This document shows positions 1 to 7,251 of a stretch of 32,738 bases of DNA, one piece after another. Both the position numbers and the translations under genes were made by a program. Within the stretch, counting starts at the first letter, position 1; every line of letters begins with the position of its first letter. The stretch is from Candidatus Woesearchaeota archaeon (GTDB lineage: Archaea > Nanobdellota > Nanobdellia > Pacearchaeales > GW2011-AR1): positions 1 to 32,738 of the forward strand of contig CAZRJS010000004.1 in the NCBI GenBank assembly GCA_964600565.1, in the 5' to 3' direction. The notes under the pieces were generated by a model. That model had not been told where the DNA came from and did not search any database. It worked only from the letters and a program-made list of their open reading frames with translations.

Positions 1-54
1 CTGATATGGGCAATTTTCGTAAGTGCTTACACGAGAATGGGAATATGTCGCCAT
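1..54 (-). CDS. N-terminus of a PD-(D/E)XK (RecB/Cas4-like) nuclease; runs off the left edge
   Basis: Minus strand from ATG at 54 reads MATYSHSRVSTYENCPYQ, the S-x-S-x6-CP N-terminal pattern of PDDEXK_1-type nucleases. A TATA-like T-run/AAG lies about 25 nt upstream. Not in the ORF track. Confidence 0.65.
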   Translation of the reverse strand, partial: MATYSHSRVSTYENCPYQ

Positions 55-89
55 ACTAATTTATTAGAGACATTACTTAAAAAAACCTT

Positions 90-248
90 TCATTCTTCAT
101 CCAAATCATCAAATCCATAAAATATTGGATCAGACCTCCAACCTGCTTTTTTTCCACACACTGGACAAAAAGGAGCATTTTTAATCATTTCATCCTCGGA
201 TATGTTTGCTCCACAATTTTTACAATTAAATCTATCTTGTTTTTTCAT
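90..248 (-). CDS. Small zinc-ribbon protein (about 52 aa)
   Basis: CKNC...CPVC pairs. The ATG at 248 sits just after the Rep stop codon and is preferred over the track start at 287. Confidence 0.65.
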   Translation of the reverse strand: MKKQDRFNCKNCGANISEDEMIKNAPFCPVCGKKAGWRSDPIFYGFDDLDEE

Positions 249-249
249 T

Positions 250-1311
250 TTAATACGGCGACCTCCTTTTGAATGGTGGAGGATCATACTCGTCCCTTAA
301 AATCTTATTTAAATCAGAATCAAAACTGAATTTCACAACTTCTCCACATTTTGGGCATTTAAACTGAGAAGTTAGAAAAGAATATTGCTTAATTTGAAAC
401 TTAAAATTATAGAACTTCCCAAAAGCGTTAATTTGCCTATCTCCATAAGACTTAGAGAGATAAAATGCAAAAGTATCTAAATCTTGAAATGAATCTTTAA
501 CAACAGAAATATATTTGAGCACGTAATTAAGAAGAGATGATGGCGATTTTATTTTTGAGATATCTATCATACAACTCCTTCCAGAAGAAGCTTCAAACTC
601 TAATTGAACTTTAGAAGTCCTTATTACTCCAACATATAACTTCATACATTTTTTATTAGCACAATAGAATTTCTGGTCTTCTTTATTCCACCTGAGATAA
701 TTTTGGCCACAATAAGAACAATGCCCCCTATAAGTATTATCAAGATATCTTGAATAAATAATAGAATGGATATGTAAATTCCATCCCTTACCTTTGTTAG
801 TTACTTCAATTACTGAAAACCCTCCATAAATTCTTTTAGAGATATACTCTCTTCTTATGAATTTGTTAAATGAATCTCTAATATGGTATTTGCCAGCTTC
901 ATATCCTTCAAAAGTAATAGAACATTTTGGAGTAATTCCTTGTTTAGTTTTTCTTTTAGAAAATTGTTTAGTATAATTAAAATCATTAGGATAATTTTTT
1001 GGAGATATTGTTAAAAAACTCCATTGGTGCATATTATTATTTTTATGGTATTTCAAAAAAGGCAATAAACGCCTCCTAATACGTCTCTTTCTTTTTTTAG
1101 AGCAATTAGGACAAAAAGGTTTATTGCATGAATGATTTAATTCAATAGCATGAGTTCCACACCCACAACTAGCCATTATGAAATTATTTGATGGTTGACC
1201 ACATTTTTCAATAAGATTCAATGCTTTTGCAGGATAATCATACTTTCTCAAATGTGAACTTATTTCTAATATGTTAAAAGAAGGACGCTTCGCGTCCTGT
1301 TGAGAAATCAT
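250..1311 (-). CDS. rep: HUH-superfamily rolling-circle replication initiator (Rep_1/IS91-like) with several Cys clusters
   Basis: Motif 1 FLTIS, motif 2 EVT...WNLHIH, motif 3 YVLKY. N-terminal CNKPFCPNC, internal CSYC...CANKKC, C-terminal CPKC. Confidence 0.8.
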   Translation of the reverse strand: MISQQDAKRPSFNILEISSHLRKYDYPAKALNLIEKCGQPSNNFIMASCGCGTHAIELNHSCNKPFCPNCSKKRKRRIRRRLLPFLKYHKNNNMHQWSFLTISPKNYPNDFNYTKQFSKRKTKQGITPKCSITFEGYEAGKYHIRDSFNKFIRREYISKRIYGGFSVIEVTNKGKGWNLHIHSIIYSRYLDNTYRGHCSYCGQNYLRWNKEDQKFYCANKKCMKLYVGVIRTSKVQLEFEASSGRSCMIDISKIKSPSSLLNYVLKYISVVKDSFQDLDTFAFYLSKSYGDRQINAFGKFYNFKFQIKQYSFLTSQFKCPKCGEVVKFSFDSDLNKILRDEYDPPPFKRRSPY

Positions 1312-1451
1312 TTTGTTTTAATCGCGAATTCCTGCCTGTAGGCAAAGGAATTCGCTTCCTCCATTTCAGAAATTTTTTGTTTGAAATTAGAGCATCTCTC
1401 TAAAAACTCTTTTACTTGGGTTTCTAACTCTTGAAAATTTTCATCAGTCAT
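1308..1451 (-). CDS. Small helical protein (47 aa) translationally coupled to rep
   Basis: ATG 1451 to TGA 1308 reads MTDENFQELETQVKEFLERCSNFKQKISEMEEANSFAYRQEFAIKTK. Its stop overlaps the rep start (ATGA). Below the ORF-track length cutoff. Confidence 0.6.
   Translation of the reverse strand: MTDENFQELETQVKEFLERCSNFKQKISEMEEANSFAYRQEFAIKTK
1324..1355. other. GC-rich stem-loop just upstream of rep; candidate double-strand origin or regulatory hairpin
   Basis: GCGAATTCC-TGCCT-GT-AGGCA-AA-GGAATTCGC forms a nearly perfect hairpin in very AT-rich DNA. Confidence 0.5.
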
Positions 1452-1510
1452 AAAAAATTTAGTGAAAGAATTTAAATATATCTAATTGCATCTTATTTGG
1501 CATACCTAAA

Positions 1511-2287
1511 ATGAATATAATGAAGACTCCTGTTGAAAATGAAATAGCAAAAGAATTTTTTCTTGATTTTGATAATACAACAAACGTTTCTAATAGATTA
1601 CGTCCAAACGCTGTGTTTAAGAAAAATCACAGATCTGTTTCCCGTTATTTTTCAAAATGGAATAGCTTGGGATATATAAAAGAAGGAACAAAGATAATAG
1701 AAAAAACAAATAAGAAAGGTACTAGTTACACTCAAAGGATTACTGTTTATATATTGAATATGAATTTTTATTTTGATTATGCTAAAGAAAAACTAAGTAA
1801 AAAGGGATTCACTGCTGTAGAAAAAGAGATTATTGAATATATCTTTTCATTTAAAGAAAATAGAGAAGTTGTTTTTAATTTTGATAACATAATTGAAGGA
1901 ATTACTGCTTTTCTTGAGAGAATTTTTTTATTTAGGGGAAGTTTTGAGTTCGAGGAAATATTGGGATTGCAATATATTAAAGGTTTTATAGTCAAACATA
2001 AAATAAGATATATTAAAAGTAAAGATATTGGAAACCAATTTGAAGAATTCTGGAAATATGGTATAAAATATGGGGCTGATTTAAGAAATAAAATAAGAAT
2101 ACTTTCTAATTTTAGCGATAAAAAATATGAAGAGATTTTATTTGGGGGAATAAAGAAATATCATCTGTTACCTTTTGTTATTCCTAACTATTCTACTAAA
2201 GAAGAAAAAGAGGAATTGTTGAGAAGATTTTCAATAATTCTAAATGAAGATAGAGCATTAAAACCTTGGGCAGGGAGATTTATTTAG
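1511..2287 (+). CDS. Hypothetical protein, probable N-terminal winged-helix regulator of the element
   Basis: 258-aa ORF divergent from the rep operon. SVSRYFSKWNSLGYI followed by a beta-wing-like segment resembles wHTH. Confidence 0.5.
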   Translation: MNIMKTPVENEIAKEFFLDFDNTTNVSNRLRPNAVFKKNHRSVSRYFSKWNSLGYIKEGTKIIEKTNKKGTSYTQRITVYILNMNFYFDYAKEKLSKKGFTAVEKEIIEYIFSFKENREVVFNFDNIIEGITAFLERIFLFRGSFEFEEILGLQYIKGFIVKHKIRYIKSKDIGNQFEEFWKYGIKYGADLRNKIRILSNFSDKKYEEILFGGIKKYHLLPFVIPNYSTKEEKEELLRRFSIILNEDRALKPWAGRFI

Positions 2288-3356
2288 AAATTATTTTTTG
2301 TTCACTAATATCTAAGCTTTCATTACCAGATTCTAACATTATCTTAATCATATTTTCCATCTTAGCCATTTTTGTTTGCAATTCTGATAGTTCTGTATTT
2401 GTCATCTGAGTATCTAATTCTTTACTTTCCATTCCTGATCTTGAAATATAAACATCTGGCATATCACTAGAAAAAGCCCAGCCATATCTATAACATAATT
2501 GATGTCTATTAATCTTAGGAGCGTAATAAGTAGCAGAGCTATGTCTAAATAAATGATAATGTATTGCCTTGTCTAATATTTTCCTGCCTAATCTTTGTAA
2601 AAATTTTCTTGTAGTCCCATAACTCTTATCATAAACTTGTTCATCAGACCTAATACCCTGTTTTTCTCTTTCTTTAAGAAATTCACTAACAGCCTCTAGA
2701 CTATATTTCCAATACAAAGAAATAGTTCTCCCTTTAGTTTTACTATATTCCTCTTTAAGTGTTAATTTAACAAAATTATTTTTGCCTTCTGGTAATTGAA
2801 TATCTTCATATCTAATATTATGAAATTCTTCTGCTCTTGCTCCAGAATCAAATAAAACAGCAATTAAAAACCTCTCAGAAGCAGATTTACACCCCTTGTA
2901 TAATTTTATCACCTCTTTTTCTTTAAGATAATCTGGGGTCTTTTTTACTCCTCTTGTATCTAGCCAATCAGTAATTTTTATGCCCTTTTCTTTTAATTTC
3001 CATTTAAGATAAATTTTAATTCCTCTTCTAATATCTACTTTAGTTGAATTTGAATAAGGCTCTCCCCTGATTGTTTTTATTTTATCAGAACTAATAGCTT
3101 TTTCAAAATTTTCTATGTCTTTCATAGTTAGCTTGTTCTCTGACTTGTTCCAAAATTCTAAAGGAATTTTTAATACATCTAAATATTTAGATTGCCTTGA
3201 TTCAGAGATTTTCAATCCTTTATTCACTTTACCTAATTCCAAATCTTCAAGAAATCTCAAAATATTTTTCTTAACAGAATCAGGGATTTTCCATTTGATT
3301 AAATTCTTTTTTCTAGAAGCAATACCTTTCTTATGAATTCTGATTCTTTTATTCAT
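2280..3356 (-). CDS. Tyrosine recombinase/integrase
   Basis: GARAEE (Arg), KTKGR (Lys), HLFRHS (HxxR), YGWAFSSDMPDVY (Trp and catalytic Tyr). Adjacent to a tRNA 3' end. Confidence 0.92.
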   Translation of the reverse strand: MNKRIRIHKKGIASRKKNLIKWKIPDSVKKNILRFLEDLELGKVNKGLKISESRQSKYLDVLKIPLEFWNKSENKLTMKDIENFEKAISSDKIKTIRGEPYSNSTKVDIRRGIKIYLKWKLKEKGIKITDWLDTRGVKKTPDYLKEKEVIKLYKGCKSASERFLIAVLFDSGARAEEFHNIRYEDIQLPEGKNNFVKLTLKEEYSKTKGRTISLYWKYSLEAVSEFLKEREKQGIRSDEQVYDKSYGTTRKFLQRLGRKILDKAIHYHLFRHSSATYYAPKINRHQLCYRYGWAFSSDMPDVYISRSGMESKELDTQMTNTELSELQTKMAKMENMIKIMLESGNESLDISEQKIISK

Positions 3357-3414
3357 AAGTATCCCACGAGGAGCCAGTTTTTAAGTCTTTCTCAAGTGGG
3401 ACACAAATGTCTCA

Positions 3415-3494
3415 CGCCCACGCCAAGAGTCGAACTTGGGTGCCTAAAAGGCCTCGCGCTCCAGGCGAGTGCAGTACCGTTGTGCCACGTGGGC
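3415..3494 (-). tRNA. tRNA-Ser(GGA), intronless, CCA not encoded
   Basis: Acceptor GCCCACG/CGTGGGC plus G discriminator; anticodon arm CTCGC-CTGGAGC-GCGAG; long variable arm GCCTTTTAGGC; T arm CCAAG-TTCGACT-CTTGG. Confidence 0.95.
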
Positions 3495-3625
3495 TTATTT
3501 ATGTAAAATAATTAAAGATTATCTAAAAAATTCAATAGCCTTAAAAGAGTTTCTATATTTTGGGTATATTCTTGAGCATAAAAATATCACCACAATCTTT
3601 TTATATTAATTTTTTCTCCCAAAAA

Positions 3626-4306
3626 ATGGGCGAATTACTATTAGGGATTGATGATGCAGGGCGTGGTCCTGTTATAGGTCCAATGGTTCTTGCAGGATGT
3701 CTTATTGATTCTTCTAAAGAAGGGGAATTAAGGGAATTAGGAGTAAAAGACTCTAAACAACTTACACAAAAAAGAAGAACATTTTTAGTAGAAAAAATAA
3801 AAGAGAGAGCAGAAACATTTGAAATAGTAAGAGTTTTACCTCCTGAAATTGATGGAATGGGTCAAGAGGGTAATCAAAGAATAAAATTAAATGAAATTGA
3901 AGCAAGAGCATGTGCAAAAATAATAAATCGTATAAACAAGGGTTATAAAGAAATAAAAATAGTAATTGATTGCCCTTCAACTAATATAACCAAGTGGAAA
4001 GATTATCTTCTTACAAGAATAGAAAATCTTTCAACCTTAAAGATTTCTTGCGAGCATAAAGCAGATCAAAATCATATTGTTGTTTCAGCAGCTTCAATAA
4101 TAGCAAAAGATATAAGGGAAAAAGAAATGGATAAAATTAGGGAAAAGTATCCTGAAGGAGTTGGTTCAGGTTATTGTTCAGATCCCTTAACAATAAAATT
4201 TCTTGAAAAACACGGGAAAAAATATAAAGATGATGGAATTTTTAGAAAGACATGGATAACTTGGAAGAGAAATTCATTAAACTTCGAACAAAAGAAATTG
4301 ATTTAG
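3626..4306 (+). CDS. rnhB: Ribonuclease HII
   Basis: GIDDAGRGPVIGPMV, VKDSK, HKAD, VSAASIIAK and GSGYCSDP motifs. ATG 3626 preferred over TTG 3560. Confidence 0.96.
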   Translation: MGELLLGIDDAGRGPVIGPMVLAGCLIDSSKEGELRELGVKDSKQLTQKRRTFLVEKIKERAETFEIVRVLPPEIDGMGQEGNQRIKLNEIEARACAKIINRINKGYKEIKIVIDCPSTNITKWKDYLLTRIENLSTLKISCEHKADQNHIVVSAASIIAKDIREKEMDKIREKYPEGVGSGYCSDPLTIKFLEKHGKKYKDDGIFRKTWITWKRNSLNFEQKKLI

Positions 4307-4429
4307 AAAATAGGCTAATAAATTAAAAAAGGAATTTGTGATGAAAGTAAAATTACTTTGTATCTAAAGATTATATAAAATTTCAAAAAACATTAAAGCT
4401 TTTTCTTCAATATAGCTGATTAGTGTGGT

Positions 4430-5395
4430 TTAATAAGGCAGAGTTTTTACCAGTCCTTCATTTTCAATTAATAAAATTTGGGATTTTTTTATTTCTTTTT
4501 TGAAATTGTGCATAATATCATTAATAGCATCTCTAAATTCTTTTTCTTTTTCATAAAATATTTGGATTACACAGTTATACTCTGAAATTCCAAAAGTAAG
4601 GGCGTTAATATTTTTATGACCTTTGCAAAATTCTCTTATTTTTGTTCTTAATAGTTCGTTATTATTTTTTAAATTTATTTTTAGTATTCCAAGATAAAAA
4701 CCTATTTTTTCTATATCAAGTAAAATTCTCGTTCCAAGAATTATCTTTTTTTTATGAAATTGCTTTAATTTATAGATTATACTTTCACTTGAAAAATTAG
4801 CTTCCCTAGCAATATCAATTATTTTTGCCCTTCCGTTTTTTTCTAATATCTTCAAAATTTTCCAATCTTTTTTATTTAATTCAAAAGATTTAGTGGGGTG
4901 AACTAAATGATATATTTTTTCTTCTCTGGAAAAACCAAATTCTTTTAGGGGAAATAACTCAAAAGAGATTGTTATGAATATAGAGTAATCTGTGATAAAT
5001 TTTTCATTTTTTTTTGTGAAGGAGTAAAATTCAGATTCAAATTCTTTTTTATCCTTAAAGATAAAATCAATGAATAAATCATAATTAGCTATTGCAGATC
5101 CCACTGAAACAACATTTTCCATCTTTTCCAATTGCTTTTGAATCTCTTTTTTTTTATCTTCAGACCCTTTTAATTTTAGCCAAACAATAATAAATTCATT
5201 ATAACCAAGTAAATCATAATTGAAGATAGTTAGATATTTTTTGATTAATCCAATTCTTTCATATTTCTTAATTCGATATTCTACTTGGTCCCTTGAAATT
5301 TCGCAATCCTTGGCTATTTTTGTTAAAGGTTCTCTATAATGATGATATAAATAAGAGAGTAATCTTTTATCTCTTTTATCTAATTTTATTGCCAT
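4430..5395 (-). CDS. Lrp/AsnC-family transcriptional regulator with two tandem HTH-RAM modules
   Basis: LDKRDKRLLSYL...IAK...VEYRIKKYERIGLI and LNKKDWKILKILEKNGRAKIIDIA...IGF repeats. Confidence 0.88.
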   Translation of the reverse strand: MAIKLDKRDKRLLSYLYHHYREPLTKIAKDCEISRDQVEYRIKKYERIGLIKKYLTIFNYDLLGYNEFIIVWLKLKGSEDKKKEIQKQLEKMENVVSVGSAIANYDLFIDFIFKDKKEFESEFYSFTKKNEKFITDYSIFITISFELFPLKEFGFSREEKIYHLVHPTKSFELNKKDWKILKILEKNGRAKIIDIAREANFSSESIIYKLKQFHKKKIILGTRILLDIEKIGFYLGILKINLKNNNELLRTKIREFCKGHKNINALTFGISEYNCVIQIFYEKEKEFRDAINDIMHNFKKEIKKSQILLIENEGLVKTLPY

Positions 5396-5540
5396 AAAAT
5401 GGGAGAGGATTATTCTTTATAAATTTTACTAAAATAATAAAATATACAGCTTTTTATTTATTATATTAGGAAAAAGATGACCAAATTTTTATTAAGGAGA
5501 ATTACCAAGGAGTATTAATTAAATTTGGAGTATAAAAAAA

Positions 5541-5762
5541 ATGGCACTAGGATTTAGCGGGAGTGGTGGAGGAATAGGAGAATTATATAAAGATTTTGTA
5601 AAAGCAGATGTAGAATCAGCTATATTAAAATATGAGAGTTTGATAAAAAAAATTCCTGAAGGAATGTTAGATATTAAAGCATATTATCAAGAAATTTTGC
5701 AAAATTTTGAAACATTAAAAGATAAGACTTCTTCTCCCAACAATTTAGAGTCTAAGATATAA
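5541..5762 (+). CDS. 73-aa protein, copy 1; candidate radical-SAM substrate or precursor peptide
   Basis: GGAG Shine-Dalgarno-like site upstream. Gly/Ser-rich N-terminus ALGFSGSGGGIG followed by a helical region. Upstream of the radical SAM gene. Confidence 0.8.
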   Translation: MALGFSGSGGGIGELYKDFVKADVESAILKYESLIKKIPEGMLDIKAYYQEILQNFETLKDKTSSPNNLESKI

Positions 5763-5780
5763 ATTTGGAGGATAAAAAAA

Positions 5781-6002
5781 ATGGCACTAGGATTTAGCGG
5801 GAGTGGTGGAGGAATAGGAGAATTATATAAAGATTTTGTAAAAGCAGATGTAGAATCAGCTATATTAAAATATGAGAGTTTGATAAAAAAAATTCCTGAA
5901 GGAATGTTAGATATTAAAGCATATTATCAAGAAATTTTGCAAAATTTTGAAACATTAAAAGATAAGACTTCTTCTCCCCATAATTTAGAATCTAAGATAT
6001 AA
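5781..6002 (+). CDS. 73-aa protein, copy 2 (N67H relative to copy 1)
   Basis: GGAGG site upstream; ends 17 nt before the radical SAM start. Confidence 0.8.
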   Translation: MALGFSGSGGGIGELYKDFVKADVESAILKYESLIKKIPEGMLDIKAYYQEILQNFETLKDKTSSPHNLESKI

Positions 6003-6019
6003 ATTTAGAAGAAATAAAA

Positions 6020-7156
6020 ATGGCAATAAGAGAAAACAGTAACATCCTGAGAGATAATAATCTAAAAACTCTTGAAGAGAAAATAGAAATTGTACCTCAA
6101 AAGGACAGGACATTAATAGAAGAACTAGAAGATTTAGAAAAAACCTATAAACTTTTTTGTTTAGCAGAAAGTAATAAAGAAGGAAGAAAGAGTTCTATTC
6201 GTTATATTGATTTATTTATTAATAATAGATGTAATTTAAAATGTAAGCATTGTTATGTTAAATATGAAGAAGAAAGTGAAGGTTTAGGTGTAGATGAGAT
6301 AAAAAAAGTTATTTCTGATTTAAAGGATTGTGGGGCAATGGTGTTTGGTATTGTGGGAAAAGAACCTTTATTGGATTGGAATAAAACAAAAGAAATTCTT
6401 TATTTTTTAAAAGAAAAGCGAAAAGAAGAACATAGATTAAGATTTGGGATTGTTACAAATGGAACTTTATTGGATGAATCTAAAGCAGAAGAATTAAAGA
6501 AGATAGATCCGACTTATATAGACTTAAGCGTTGATGGAACAAAAAAAGAGCATGAATATATTAGAGGAAAAGGACAATATGATAAGGTAATTAATGCTAT
6601 TAGAAATTTAAAGAAAAAAGGCTTGGAGAATAAAATCTTTATCAGCTATACATTAAATAAAAAGAATCAAAATGTATTCTTACCTTTAGTAGATGATTTA
6701 CAAAAAGAAGGAATAAAACAATTTTTAGTATCTCCTTATTTGACAACAGTTAAAAATGATCCTTTGGAAGTTTCTCTTAAGGATTATCTTAATTTTGTTG
6801 AGAATATTATGGAAGAATCAAAGAGAAAAAAATTCAATGCAGAGATATTCATAAAAAATGATTACACAAGTAAAAAGTATCAAGTGGAATTAATAGATAA
6901 AGGAGTAATTAATTTAAATAAACTCTTAGTAGATGATAATTATGCTTTATGGAATATTAGAGAAATAAATGGAAATAAACTCTTATTTAATATTCAACCA
7001 TGGGACACACAAAACTGGTATGGAGTAAGAGTAAGCCATGATGGTTATGTGAGCGATTGCTTTAGTATGTTTTATAGGAACTATCCTGATAGAGCAATTG
7101 GGAATGTAAAGAAAAATTCAATTAAAGAAATTCTTAAACTTTATATTAATTCTTAA
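6020..7156 (+). CDS. Radical SAM enzyme of the SPASM/Twitch-related group
   Basis: CNLKCKHC (CxxxCxxC), GKEPLL, VTNGTLL, LSVDG, HEYIRGKG. C-terminal DGYVSDC...IGNV...SIKEIL beta-hairpin remnant. Confidence 0.9.
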   Translation: MAIRENSNILRDNNLKTLEEKIEIVPQKDRTLIEELEDLEKTYKLFCLAESNKEGRKSSIRYIDLFINNRCNLKCKHCYVKYEEESEGLGVDEIKKVISDLKDCGAMVFGIVGKEPLLDWNKTKEILYFLKEKRKEEHRLRFGIVTNGTLLDESKAEELKKIDPTYIDLSVDGTKKEHEYIRGKGQYDKVINAIRNLKKKGLENKIFISYTLNKKNQNVFLPLVDDLQKEGIKQFLVSPYLTTVKNDPLEVSLKDYLNFVENIMEESKRKKFNAEIFIKNDYTSKKYQVELIDKGVINLNKLLVDDNYALWNIREINGNKLLFNIQPWDTQNWYGVRVSHDGYVSDCFSMFYRNYPDRAIGNVKKNSIKEILKLYINS

Positions 7157-7251
7157 AATTTTACAAAGTAAAAATATTTTGAATTTGAGTTTTGTATGTA
7201 ATTTTTTTATAATACTTAAAACTTTAAAAACATATATGGCTTTTTCTTAAA

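Larger units (their letters stand above)
90..3414. mobile_element. Integrated plasmid/virus-like element at tRNA-Ser; left boundary uncertain
   Basis: Integrase, HUH Rep, Zn-ribbon gene and regulator abut the tRNA 3' end. No duplicated tRNA 3' segment was found in the window. Confidence 0.7.
5520..6006 (+). repeat. 240-bp tandem direct duplication (2 copies)
   Basis: 5520-5759 and 5760-5999 differ only at 5531/5771, 5739/5979, 5741/5981 and 5750/5990. Confidence 0.97.

Noticed and set aside
3362-3401. Imperfect inverted repeat TCCCAC...GTGGGA between the integrase and the tRNA
   Set aside because: Only a 6-bp perfect core; it could be an operator but is unsupported.
67-3413. 8-bp inverted repeat GAGACATT (67-74) / AATGTCTC (3406-3413) bracketing the mobile element
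   Set aside because: Too short to exclude chance, and tyrosine integrases leave direct, not inverted, att repeats.
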